DNA from: Vitrella brassicaformis CCMP3155
Lineage: Eukaryota > Protista > Chromerida
Assembly (NCBI GenBank): GCA_001179505.1
Contig: CDMY01000255.1
Location: forward strand, 496,001-560,000
Length of the DNA stretch: 64,000 nucleotides
Direction of reading: 5' to 3'
In this document: positions 1-12,525 of the stretch, in pieces
Layout: every line of letters starts with the position of its first letter
Numbering within the stretch: the stretch's first letter is position 1
Program-made: the position numbers and the translations under genes
The notes under the pieces: generated by a model
What the model was told of the DNA's origin: nothing
Database searches by the model: none
What the model saw: the letters and a program-made list of their open reading frames with translations, nothing else

Positions 1-2625
1 CATTGCTGCGAGTCGAGAGGATCCTCCACACGTTGGGAAACGGTGTCTCGGCAGGTATCTGGATGTTTGTGCGGAAGCCATAAAGGCGGTTGACCTGTGC
101 ACATTGCATGACCGATGCCTCAGAGTGGTCCACATCCTCTCTGTGTGTCCGTCTTACCTCCAGATTCTCTGCTGGCCTGAATGCGACCTTCCAACCAGCA
201 AATGGGTCCACGACAGGCACACTCAGGACGGTGAATGGCTGCGCTGACATTCCGACACTGTCGGATGACTCAAAGTACTCGTTGGGCTTCCAATCAAAGC
301 CGAACGGAGCCCATATCTCAATGGAATCGCTCGCTCTTAATTCAGTCCCCACACTGAAGCGAATTGTCATCTGATCGAGACAACACAAGAGTGGACCGAT
401 GAGAGCAAATAGTGATGAGACATGAATTTCAATAATGTTTGTGCTCACGCTGATGGTGCCTTCGGCCCGGCTGTCGGGAACAACTTCGAAGCTCTTGAAT
501 CGTGACGGCCATACATTGTAGCCGTCATACACGTTCGTCTGCCGAACAATCCCGTCAGGCCGCTGCGTCGATATCTGGAGTCACACCAGAGGGAGTTTAA
601 TGAAGTGCTTCTCGCTCGCAAAAGGCGAGCAGGTGGCCTACCATCCAAATGTTGTGCTTGCTCTCGTATCCGCCGTTGTCCATCGGGTTCATCACGTCGA
701 TCTTGAATCTGTACAGCACACCCACCTGCAGCGCATTCGACTGGTGAAATACAAGCAGCAGATAGCGATCGTTCTCCGCCACACACTCGCACTCGGGCAG
801 TGTGACTCTGTCAAAGCCGGGACACCTTCGGGGAAAACTCCATGACGGCGGCGCACGCACCATCACGCGGGATCGGTCAAGTACGCTGACCGTCTCTGTG
901 GCCATGAATTGCACCGTCAGCTGCGTCTGGTCGCCGGCAAGAAACGAGGCGGGAGAGAATATCACAGAGCTCAGGGCTCCGTACACAGCAAAGCCGCGCA
1001 GGTCTGCAACGCAACGAATGTGACTAAAGCAGGGACCGGAACGGCTGTGTCGCTCTTTTTGTCGATCATGTACGTGTCTCACTTGTGGCAGATGATATTT
1101 GGGTCGGCCGCGCTGCATCGGTCGAGTCGGTGATGGCCACACTCCACGCAACAGCAGACGTGGGCACCGACGGAGTGGTGACCCAGAAACGGACATAGTA
1201 GACGGTGTCTTTGAAAAAAGTGGCATCGAACACCTGAGAAAGATAAACACCTCAGCCCGTGCAGCAAGCCACGTGTGCATGAATGTGTGGCTTTTCTACC
1301 TGCAGCGAGACTTTGTTGCCGACCGGCGATGACGACTCTGTGTAGAGCGTCCAGCTGCCAGAGAGAGCGGGTTGCCCCTCCACATTCTCAGGCATCCTGT
1401 CGGGGGCAATCTTGTAGGCCGCGGGGGGAATGATGTCGATCGTTGTCGTGCCCTCCCTGCGTGGGTAGGCAGTCTGGCCAGGGCGCAGTGCGAAGGTCAC
1501 TTGCTGCGTCAACGAGGTCCTCTCAGCCAGCCAGTCGGTCAAACCACCACGTGGACCGCCTGGCGGCGTTCCCTGCACCATCAATGGCTCGACGAAAGAG
1601 ATCGTATAGAGTCCCCCCGCCTTGTTCTCCGATGTGATGATCCATTTCGCATTGACGGCTTCTGTGGGATTCTGGAAGCCTTCCAACAGGATGGTGCCGG
1701 TCGTCGCGGCGCCAACTGAGCCCCAGCCTGTGCTGCCGAACTTGACGCGAAAAGTGTTGGCGCATGTCGTGCACGGCACTGGCAGCCCCACTGTCTGCAC
1801 AAGCGCCCGGCTGACCCCGGCTAAAGGGGCCTGGTTGGCGTCGAGGATCTGGCATTTTGGGGTAGATGGAGGTGTGAGGGGCTCTTCCTCGGCCTCACCG
1901 AAGTCCCAGATATCGGGAGGGAAGGCGATAACGTCGATAGTGTCATCCTGTGTGAACCGCCCGTAGACCTGTATGGTGATGTTGAGCTTGTTGCTCGCCC
2001 CAGGGGTGGTCGTGAGGTCTGCGTCGCGGACAATTTGCATGGAGAGCACCCTGGCCGATGCGGGAGACGGCTGAATGACAGTAATGCCGCCGCCACTCGG
2101 CAGCAGGGACAGATCGGCGGTGGCATCGATGGGCACCTGCCCGCCATAGAGAATGGACAGCTCTGCATGCGGCTGAGATCCGGCAGTGCCCAGCGATGTC
2201 AGGATGGTCAGCGTGTAGGTGGTGACTGTAGCCAGCGGCGCCTCCAGATATAGAGTGACCTCTGTCTCGGTGAAGTCGCACACCGCAGGAGTGGGGAAAC
2301 CGAATTCTGCGCTGCTGCTGGACGCCGCCAAGAGCCCCTCACACTGATATCGGCTTGGGAATATGGCGTTGACAAGCTCGATGAAGACGGTCAGATATTC
2401 GGGCAGGCCGGGGACGCCAGCGAGCACCTCGACGTCGGGGTGGGGGAGAGAGTACAGCTGGCTGGACGACGTCGTGAACTCGTAGATGACGGGCGCCGTG
2501 CCGTTTGCCTCCTTGAGCGATGAGTAGGTCCTGCCGCCAATGGTGTTCCACCCCAGCTGGCCGTGAGACAAGATGAACTCACCAACGGTAATAACGAGAG
2601 AGGATGTCAGCCACGCAAGCCTCAT
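1..2625 (-). CDS. Large secreted/surface protein with repeated beta-sandwich-like modules, multi-exon, runs off the left edge
   Basis: Long exon 1300-2625 begins MRLAWLTSSLVITVGEF (hydrophobic, signal-like; the ATG follows CAG, so an upstream exon is possible). Further exons splice in frame via GT-AG introns: VFDATFFKDTVYYVRFWV..., LRGFAVYG...MNPMDNGG..., ISTQRPDG..., MTIRFSVG...IEIWAPFGFDW..., VNRLYGFRTNIQ.... Recurring 'F..P...I.I.AP..(F/W).F' pattern. Confidence 0.7.
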
Positions 2626-2921
2626 CTGCAGGACAGCTCTTTCACCGCATAACAACTCGCCCAACGGTCCTGCAAAAGGCGGCATGCATCGGTTTAGATA
2701 CCTGCAGACCGCGTCTCAGCCCCCACCGATTCCGGGCGCCGGCCAGTGAACATGCCATTCACAAACAAGGGGTCGACAGTCGATAGATCTACGTGTCCGT
2801 CTTGCTTGCGATACACACAATAGACAGCGGTGGGTACGTCAGTACTGCGATGCACGCATACCTACATGGCCATATGCATTCATTACATATGCACATCACG
2901 GACACACACCCTCACGCCAAA

Positions 2922-5720
2922 TTAGCCCGCCTGGTTCTTGGGCGCCCCATCCATCCCTCGCCGCCTACAGCAGCAACGAATCAATCGACCAATTGCGTGT
3001 GTGTATAATAAAACACCGACATCGAGCGCTGAGCCCTTGTCCAACCAGCTACCAGTGTACACAGAGGGCCCTTGTCCCCTTCGGACAAGGCGCTCGCTCA
3101 CGGCACCAAGATCTATCCTATCTGTCCTCCGACCTTCCCTTCCCTTGCGTTGATCAAATGCCGCACAACTCACCATACTCCCACTCTCCTGCCATGGTGC
3201 ACAGACACAGGTGGGACTCTCGTTTGCCTCTGCGTGATGCATGCATGTATCGTATGTTGAGTGAGTACCTTCGATGACGCGGCCTCTTGGGTATCTCACG
3301 CGGCCTTGGCCATGCAGCCGACCTTTGACAAAACTTCCCTCCATTGTGGTGCCGTCCGGCTTGCACAGCACACCTCGACCCTCTGGCACGCCGCGACGCA
3401 CCGTGCCTGTGTGGGTACGCAGCCAGGATGTCAATCTTTTTGCAGTGGTGTTGCACCATCTGGACGGACGTTGTGACCATGCACTGCACCCACCTTCATA
3501 GAATGACCCTTCCGGCAGCATGCCCCGGCCGCCTGCCGTCCACATGAAACCGTCCCGGATCGACCCATCGAATCTGATCCATTTCAAGACGCAAACACAC
3601 AGCGGGACGGACGGAGACTGATGAAGCCTCGCCGCTTCGCATTCGTTCTCCTGCCCTGGTTACCCGAGGCCCGTCACAGGGTCGAAGACACGACCAGAGC
3701 CGGAATTGGGACGCCTGATGGCAGTGAACACACAAGAGTGATGGACACACAATCGATGAAGCCGGCCACTGACGCTCCCCTTGCCCGTCGCATACCAGTC
3801 CTTCCAGTCTCCCGTGAAGCTGACCTCGTGGTCATACAAGCCGGGCAAATTGCCTATGAACAGAGATGAACACAGACACACCACCACTCGTAAGAGCATC
3901 CATCTCGCACGGCAAGCGTGCCACCCCTTGTACCTGAGCCTACCTGAGGGGCTGTATCTGATGATTGCGGGCCCGCCCCCGTACTGCATGAGGTAGAACT
4001 CCCACAGTGGCTGTGGCAGCACTGACGTCGGTGACAAGCGCATGAGCATGCATCCACAAACAAAACACATGATATGGCCAGCTTTGTACTCGCAAAGGCA
4101 GTGTGTTTCCTGCCGGCCTTACCGTGGAAGTCTCCGTCTTTGATGCCCTCCTTGAGGTTGGTCCGCAACTGGCCGTCAAGCTCAAACAGCTGCGGGAAGC
4201 CACACACACACACACAGAGCGAGAATGATAGGTAGGTGTGTTTGGTATGGCTTGGTATTCACATACATCCAGGTTCGATATCGGTCCAGGGGGACGGTCA
4301 CGGACATCCTCAATCTGACAGACACATTATGCGAGTCGTTGGCTCTTCCGTCCATGGCCATGGATGCCCGCATACCATTTTGCCGACGCCCACGAAGCTT
4401 CGCCACAGCCGCAGCCATCGGGCGCTGATCACAAACCCGAAACTGAGGCACGGAAGCACACATACACACACACACAGAGAACCATGCGCAAGTCAGAAAC
4501 CCATCGGTTCGTGCAGCGCGCTGACCATCCTCCGATCCACCAGAGCGGCCGTAGCTCTTGGCACCGCCGCTCCATGTCCTGCGCCTTCTTCAGCTCCTCC
4601 TTGCGCCGCATCGACAGATAGATCTGACGCTCTTCGGACGTCATGCCAGCCACCGCTATGCTCCACTGCAGCAATGCAGCCAACCAACATGCACAAGGAC
4701 AACAGCTTGACGGTCAGCTATCCCTTTCCTTAGAGATCTCACCTTGTCCTGGCCATCGATTTTGCTCCTCTGCGGTGCGCCAGCGCCCTCCCCCTCTCCC
4801 CTCTCTCCCTCTTCGCCCCGCCCCTTGCTGTCCCGCGGCCATATCGGCTCCACCACACACACGCGGGAGTGCTTGTCGATGTCCGACAGCTCCACCCTCT
4901 GTCCGCACACCGAACACTTGACGCGCGAGTACCGCTCCAGCTCCTCCTCGCTGTATCCATCAGTGGCCGGCGAGGGATCTGCAGGGGGCAGCACCGTCGT
5001 GCACGGCAGCAGCAGGCCCTTGCTGGCGTTGGCAGGGCTGATGGGGGAGGGGGAGGGCACGTGCGAAACGCAGTCGCCGGTGGGGGCGAGAGGCTTGTGC
5101 GGCGGGGCGCGCCGCCTCCGTCTGGACGGGGAGACCTCCTCGTCGCTGACCGAGCCCCTGACATAGTCGTGTGAGTGGCTGGTGGTGGTCAGGCTCTCCC
5201 ACATTGACACCGAGCGGCGGTAGACGGGGGAGCTGCCATTCATCGCATCTCTGGCGATCTCTGCAGGGGCCGGGGAGTGGTCGGGCGACGCTGCACATGG
5301 GGAGCCGTCACTCTGCTCGTGCTGGCTGGTCCCACTGTGCCGAATCTCCTGGCCGTCTTCGTCCTTATCGTGGTGGGCCGGCGATGCAATCGGGCACTCG
5401 AGCAGAGAGCCGGTGGAGCCGCCGTTCGAGGATGATGAAGACCCAGAGCCCGAGTACTCGGTCGACATGGACGCGTGGTTGTGATGATGTGCCTGGTATC
5501 CCCGCCTCAAATCGTCGCTCGCCGGCTTGTCATCATCCTCCCGCAGCCGTGAGACCCACTGGATGGTGCAGCTGTCGTTCTCATCGACATGTCCGCCCTC
5601 CCACTTCTCGCAGGCTCTGTCGAGGGCCCTGGGGGAAAGGCAGCCATAGTGCTCCCTCTCTGCCTCCATGATCAAAGTGCAGCTGTCGGTATCTCCTTCA
5701 CACCGCCGCAGTAAGGGCAT
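2922..5720 (-). CDS. C2HC Zn-finger + DUSP domain + MORN-repeat protein, multi-exon
   Basis: Exon 1 (4743-5720) is low-complexity and contains CSVCGQRVELSDIDKHSRVC. Four phase-consistent exons (3961-4442) give FGFVISARWLRLWRSFVG...PPGPISNLDLFELDGQLRTNLKEG...VLPQPLWEFYLMQYGGGPAIIR, which matches the DUSP consensus. Following exons give about 4-5 MORN repeats (FTGDWKD, FDGSIRDG, YEGTVRRGVPEGRG, MEGSFVKGRLHGQG, IEGEWEYG). The stop is at 3154, or at 2922 if one more exon is used. Confidence 0.75.
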
Positions 5721-5853
5721 TAACGGACCAACGAGAGAATAACACTTGAGGTACACCTTGCGTACTCTCCAAGCACCTCCTGCTTCTCCCCTCCCTTCTT
5801 CAGCTCGCAAATGCTTCTAAGCTCGCAGACGGTCACCGTGGAAAGAAGCAAAG

Positions 5854-8533
5854 ATGAGATCAGCTGTGCGGCTCCTCAGGTACGTGTGCGATGCTCACAC
5901 GAGTCGAATTGGACCATCGTTCATAACTGCTGATCTGATCTGTGTGTGGGAGGTTTGCTCTGCAGGAGTGTGGACACCTGTCTGGCAGGGGCGTCAGCCA
6001 AGCTGACGCCGCCGGCAGCGCCACCCTCGTGGGCATGTGTGCATCAGCAGAGGCGGTACATCGTCGACAAGGCTCTCGCCGCTATCCAATCAACCGCAGT
6101 CACACGAACCGAAGAGGAATCGGTACCCCGCCCCGCCCCGCCCTGCACACACACGCACATACGAGGCATGAGTGTGTGTGTGTGTCTGTGTGCATTCATC
6201 GACTGCCTCACTCATTGGTCGGTTGGCTGGTGCAATCAACATTTGTAGTTTCTCCGTGAGTGGAACGAGCAGCAGGCGCGTGAGGCCCGTGCGCTGTCCG
6301 CCAAGATGTACGGCGACCCCCTGACCTACATCGGGCCGGAGGAGTCGGAGCGCTACTACATACCCAGGCCGCGCAACGACCGCACACTGCTTGGCAGGAT
6401 CTCATGGCACATGGGCGGGTACGTCTGGATGCATGGATGGACAGATGGATGGATGGATGGATGGGAGAGGGAAGGGCAGAGAGATCTTCTCGTGTGGGTG
6501 TGTGCGTGTTGGGTGTCTGTCTGCAGGCATCACAAGTTCCTGAAGCATGTTGCGTGGCGGTTCGCGGCCCTCATCCATGAGAGGCTGGAGAACCACCAGC
6601 TCTGTGACGGTGCGCACCAATTTGCAATGTGTGAATGAAGTGGTGAAGGCGGATGGCATTCATTCTTTGGTTGTGTGTGTGTGTGTGTGTGTGTGTTGAT
6701 TGGTCAAACAGTGTTTGACATCGGTCCTGGTTTCAACATCCGGTGCTACTTCTTCATGCTGCACGTGTGGATGCTCCACTGCAGATGCATCACATGCGTA
6801 AAGATACCCGACACACACACACACACACACACACACAGAGATGGCTGATAGTGAGGTCCATTTCTCTCTCTCTCTCTGTGTGTGTGTGTGTAGGGTTGGG
6901 AGGGCCATGCGATAGACGAGTGGATGTTTTGGGGGCTGTGGTACGTCGTCCAGGACTGGATGCTCCTCAGAGATGTAAACAAACAAACACACACAGACTG
7001 TCTACTCACAGACAGACGTCGATTCGATGAAGGACCTTCTGTCTGTCTGTCTGTCTGTCTACTGCCAATCCAATCGTGTGTCTTTGGTTCGTCTCATCTC
7101 ATGTCATGTCATGTCATGTCATCAGGTGCCCGAGTACCGGTGGATGGCTGAGCTCAAGAACATCCAGGAGTACATGTACGGGGTACGCCACCTCAGCTCA
7201 GCCGCCCGCATTGCATTGCATGCATGTGATGCCATCCATGATAAGATAAGCGCTCGCTCTTTTTCTCTCTGTGTCTGTTCTGTTTGTGTGCTCACGTGTC
7301 GTCAGTTTTGTGTGTCGTTGGATTTGGCGATGGAGAAGTCCGACGTGCTGCCGGCACGGGTCAGGGAGGTCCTCTGGGGGTATGTATGTTATGTGTGCTG
7401 CTGAGCTTGTAACCACACACACATCCGTCAATGCATTGATATGATGCCTCCTCTTTCTCTGTGTGTGTGTGTGTGTGTGTGTGTGTCAGGAACCTGTATA
7501 GCGGCGAGATAGGTGAGGACTCGCCGGCCCTCGACCTGCTCACGATTTACGTCCTCAGACAGGTAGGTACTCATTCGACATGCCATGACAGACACCAGCC
7601 AAAAGGCAACACGAATCAACCACACACACCACACCGGTGTCCGTCTCGTGTGTACCTATGTGCCTGTGTGTCGGTGCTGTCTGTCGCAGCTTCAGTACGT
7701 GCTGCACATGGACAAAGACCAGTTCCTCACCGGCAACTTCGTCTGGTACGTGCAGGGCAGTGCAGTGCAGATGGAGGGAGACACCGAGAGAGAGCCCAGC
7801 CCACACCTCCCTGCATCACCTCCATCACCTCACCCGATTCGATTTCCCTTTCTGTCCACCTGTCTGTTTGTTAACACCCATTACCTACAGGGCCGATTTC
7901 CCCGTGGGAGACGTCCCCCGGATGAAGGTCATCCCGCCCCTCTCCCAGCGCAACATCTACTTCGGCTTCATGCCCGAGGGCGGACACGAAAAGTACTTCT
8001 ACTTCGGCGACGGCACAAGAGACTACCCCTCATCCTTCCCAGTCGTCAGACAAACCGAGCTCGAACACAAAGTCAGGAGAGGCGAGCTCCCCCCCGGCAC
8101 CGAACTGGGCAAAACCCGCACCCTCCCGCCCCTCCAGCCACGGGCGCCACGGCTGACAGAGGGCAAAGGTGGGCGGCCGGGCCAGCCGAGGCTGCCCAAG
8201 CCAGTGGAGAAGCTGGAGGCCGGCGGGAGGGAGAGCAAGGTGGCGCCGGGCAGCGTGCCGATGAGCCCCAGGTTGGCCCAGCGGATGGGCACCAAGGAGG
8301 AGAAGGTGCCCAGGAACCTTCACGAGCTCATCAAGATGGCCAAGGGGGAGGAAATCACCTGGGGAGAAGCGGAGCCGCCACCTTTCCCTGCAGAAGCCAA
8401 GGGCGGGGGTGGTGGGGATGACAACAAGACAAGAGACAAGGCCGCGGCGGGGTCGAGCAGTGGTGTGGTGAAGCCGGTGCGGACAAGCGACACCAAGAAG
8501 GCGCGGCACGCGGCCGGCAACAAGAGCTCATGA
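5854..8533 (+). CDS. CBP3: Ubiquinol-cytochrome c reductase chaperone (Cbp3/UQCC1 family) with a long Pro/Lys-rich C-terminal tail
   Basis: Spliced product has an Arg-rich presequence (MRSAVRLLR...QQRRY), then VFDIGPGFNIRCYFFMLHVWMLHCR (family LHVWM motif), MFWGLWYVVQDW, LDLAMEKSDVLPARVREVLWGNLY and LDLLTIYVLRQLQYVLHMDKDQFLTGNFVW. About 10 GT-AG introns; stop at 8533. Confidence 0.85.
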
Positions 8534-9318
8534 TATGATACATGCTTGATTCATGCACGGCCGAGCTGATAAGACGAAGGGGGGTGAGATTCGGTGGAGA
8601 GGAGCCGACCGGCCAAGGGGTTCATTCAGTGGTTGATGGTGAGTGGCTTAGGAGGGAGGAGAGGCAACAAGAGGAAGCGCCCGGGTAGCCCGTGAGAGGC
8701 TGTGACGGTGTGTATACTTGACGTGCTGACATTCTCCACCAATGGGTGAAATCAATGTGTCGCTGGGTGTGCTTATGGGGCGGCATGACGTTATTTGGGT
8801 GTGGGTGTAATATCATTACAGCTCAGCTGCAAGCCATGGGTAGTGTACATATTCACATTGAAAAACATCCACCGGTCTGCCAGTCAGTCAGCCCCACCCC
8901 TCCCTCACTGGCTGTGCTTGGCACACATCACACGTGAATGAATCGCTGACTGCACCCCTCTCCTCTCCCTCGTGGGCAGACCGTGACTCAGACAGACAGA
9001 AAGACAGACAGACAGGCAGGAGCAAGGGGCGAAAAAGAGTACGTGTCTGTGTGCATAACAAACATACAGAGAGAGAGAAAGAGAGACCAGCCAGCGAGAT
9101 GCACGCACATGACGTGACGAAAAAGACCACCGAACACACACACACACACGTCACACACACACACACGTCATGGCAGGCAGAGTCCGCCCGTCCCGTCCCC
9201 CCTCCCCGGCCGTGTGTGTCGCGTGCGTGTCGTAGAGGAAGACAAATACCACACAATCACACACATAGAAAGAGAGAGAGAAAGAGAGAAAGGGAAATGA
9301 GGAGAGAGCGAGAGACGA

Positions 9319-9510
9319 AAAAGAGCCCACCCACCCGTCTGTCTATCTGTCTGTGTGTCTGAGTCGTGTGGTGGTGCCACAGGACTTGGCCCCCCCTCCC
9401 TCCCCCTTATCAATTGAAAAAGAGCCCATCCACCCGTCTGTCTATCTGTCTGTGTGTCTGAGTCGTGTGGTGGGTGCCACAGGACTTAGCCCCCCCTCTC
9501 CCCCTCCATC
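9319..9510. repeat. About 98-bp imperfect tandem direct repeat (2 copies) next to a gap
   Basis: aaaagagccca(c/t)ccacccgtctgtctatctgtctgtgtgtctgagtcgtgtggtgg(g)tgccacaggactt occurs at about 9319 and about 9417. Confidence 0.8.
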
Positions 9511-9555
9511 CTTATCACTTCTCCCCACCCCCTCCATCCTTATCACTCCTCCCCA

Positions 9556-9855
9556 NNNNNNNNNNNNNNNNNNNNNNNNNNNNNNNNNNNNNNNNNNNNN
9601 NNNNNNNNNNNNNNNNNNNNNNNNNNNNNNNNNNNNNNNNNNNNNNNNNNNNNNNNNNNNNNNNNNNNNNNNNNNNNNNNNNNNNNNNNNNNNNNNNNNN
9701 NNNNNNNNNNNNNNNNNNNNNNNNNNNNNNNNNNNNNNNNNNNNNNNNNNNNNNNNNNNNNNNNNNNNNNNNNNNNNNNNNNNNNNNNNNNNNNNNNNNN
9801 NNNNNNNNNNNNNNNNNNNNNNNNNNNNNNNNNNNNNNNNNNNNNNNNNNNNNNN
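9556..9855. other. Scaffold gap (300 N); identical-size gaps at 21609-21908, 24291-24590, 26719-27018 and 47256-47555
   Basis: All five N runs are exactly 300 nt, so they are placeholders of unknown true size. Confidence 0.95.
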
Positions 9856-10063
9856 CCGTGGCTCCTTGTCTCTCTCGCTACTCCATCCCTCCCTCCTTGT
9901 CATATCACTTTGTCTGTCTGTTCTGTCTGTCCACCAACCACACTCAGTCGACTGACTGCGATACATCGTTCTCTCTGCAACCGTCTGCTCGGCACAACCA
10001 GCTATGCATCCACCATCCACTGGTCTACGGCCCATCCACCACACCGACCCACAGACAGACACA

Positions 10064-11130
10064 TCAGGCACTTGTGGACACGCGGCTGAGCTGGATCTTC
10101 TTGATGTAGCTGATCGCGAGTGCCTCCCTCTCGGCAGCCAGGGCAGCGTAGTAGTAGTGCTCTGATGACTGTTGGGGGCGGCCTTCGGTCTTCTCCCTCT
10201 CCCAGAGAGCGTACGCCCCCAACAACACCCTGCACACACACACAGGGGAGACACACACAGAGACGCAGACACACATGGATGTGGGGGTGTCTCGTGTGTG
10301 TCTCGGCCAGTGAAAGACTGACGGCAGCCCCCTTACATCGAGTCGAAGCTCTCGCGGCTGAGGCCCGCCTCGATGATGAGGCGGTCCTCTTCCGCAGGGA
10401 CGCTCCGCTCGTAGTGCTGCTGGGGCGACTCGTGACGGCCCTCCGACGACAGCGAGCGCTCAAACGCTCTCTGCTTGACGCTGCATGACAAGGCAGACAG
10501 ACAGACATCAGACAGACAGAGAGGTGAGACACACACACATCCATAGAAGGTGTGTTGGATGGTGTGTCAGTGAGGTGTGCGTGTTGGCTTACTACGCAGT
10601 GAAGGCGTCCTTGGGGGTCGGGCACACCAGCTGCCTCGCCTGCACGGTGTTCGCTGTGGGGGACGGTCTGTTGTTGGGGTGTTGGGTGTTGTGGGTGGGT
10701 AAGTTGTTGGCCTCCTCCGCCGGGGGTGTCGGGTGGGGCGGCTGGCTGGGCTGGTTGGGGTTGGGTGTTGTGGCTGGTTGGGTGTTGGTGTTGGTGCTAG
10801 TGCTGCCAGACGTGCTATCATTGTCTGCAACCATCAATCAGGCCACACACACCATACATATCAACACAACACAACACAATGGAAAATGACCCGTGACCAA
10901 CTGAGACAGCAAGTAGCGTGTGGCTGGCTGACTTACCGAAGTCTGGGTGCACCGGCATCAGTGCTCCGGCCATGCCCGGCAGGTCCAGTATCGGGGCTAT
11001 GGACTGCGTCATATTTCGTGGCCGACCAGCTGACGATTTATCAATCTCGCGTGTCAGCGGCGGCCTCTCCTCCTTGGTCGTCTCCTTGGCTGGCGAACGC
11101 GCTCGTGTGTCGCGGGCGCGTCAGTCACTG
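10064..11130 (-). CDS. Hypothetical protein, multi-exon, 5' end unresolved
   Basis: Exons RARSPAKETT...MPVHPDF | DNDSTSGSTS...VCPTPKDAFTA | VKQRAFERSL...SRESFDSM | VLLGAYALWERE...KKIQLSRVSTSA*, joined by microsatellite-rich GT-AG introns. No family recognised. Confidence 0.5.
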
Positions 11131-12525
11131 GCTGCGCTGGCTGCAGTGCAGTGCACTCACTGCCGACTTATCTGAATTTCTTGGCGGCGGCAGGGTGCAG
11201 GCTGTTGCGAGAAAGGAGGCTCACAGACGCGTTGGTATTGTTTGCACGGCTGTGTGGGCTGGACGGCGCTTGGCAGAGAGCGTTTCTTGGCGGCTGTGGC
11301 GAGGGCGGAGGAAAAGCGAGAGCGCACAGCCTCTTTTTGCCGTCTCCTGTCTCAAGTTCTCGCCAAAATGGAAATTTACTTCCTGTAAAGCAAGCGCTCG
11401 GCAGCTCTTACGTGTGCACAATCGGTGTGCGCATGTGGAAGCCACTTCTTTCTGACATGTGTGTTGTCGATAGACGCCACGCGACATCCAACTGACAAAG
11501 GGAAAGAGACACTCGCGGCTTTTGTGCGCAAGAGCCGCGAGGGAGAAGGCCATCGTGGTACAGCAATGACGTCCACTGACGAGACGGACAGTATAGCTAG
11601 TCTCGGTCAATGTTGGCCCATGATGGTGGGTGGGTTGGTGGACGGGATGGGAAGGTGGGGTGCGATGGGCCATGTTGAGAATTTGCTGTAGGTAACAAAT
11701 TGTCATTGATCCGGTAGGTATGGTAGGTATCAACTGTTCGCGAGGCCACCGACCGTCACAGACAGACGACCGACACACCACACCACACAAGCATGGGCAA
11801 GTCAGGTCGAGTCAGCCAGCACACACAACACCACACATCACAACCCGCTGCACAGCTCAGCCCCCACTCGTCCACCTCTCCCCGGCCCACATGTCCATCG
11901 ACGGGCCAGCTGGCCCCCCCGCGTTTCAACCTGAGAGGGTCGTCTAGCCCCGCGATGCCGACCTGTGTGTCAGAGAGAGATGCCAGAGTTAGAGCCAGGC
12001 ATGTCGGTAGGCAGGCACGCTAGTAAGGCCAACTCAGTCCAGCCGACTGAGGGCTTTCTACTAGGGTTCGTTCCCGCACTTGCTGTCACTCTCACAGGTA
12101 TCGTACAGACACCATTTCCCCACCTCCCTCTCCTCCCTCTCTCCCACTTTCGTTCTCTGGTGCGTGTGGCTTCAAAGGCAGGCCCATCCACGCACACACG
12201 CTCGCACGGAACGATGCTTGCACTGCACACATTTGCATACATATTGCACACATTCCATGGCAGGCATACAGCAAAAAAGGTGTGGTGTGGTGTGGTGTCC
12301 CCCCACGAAAACAAACGAGGCAGGCAGGCAGGCAGGCAGGCAAACCATTTTGGGCAGAGACGAGAGCACCGAGGGCCCTCTCCCTCCCTCCATCCAACCA
12401 TGCCTCTCAGACGACAGGAGGGAGGGAGGGAGGGAGGGAGGAGGCCCACACGCCCCGCTGTCCATCCATTCGCTGACCCACCCACCCACCCCCCGGTGTG
12501 TGTATTGTATGTGATGCGAGTGTGA

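Noticed and set aside
9319-9555. 98-bp repeat and short C-rich repeats as a CRISPR array or mobile-element end
   Set aside because: Only two copies, no spacers, in a eukaryotic context, and directly beside a gap where assembly stutter is likely.
9353-10272. Long ORFs containing X runs (also at 21103-21975, 23998-24897, 26481-27728, 46917-48252)
   Set aside because: They read through N gaps and are artefacts. In particular, the apparent cyclophilin-MORN joins across the gaps are not evidence of fusion.
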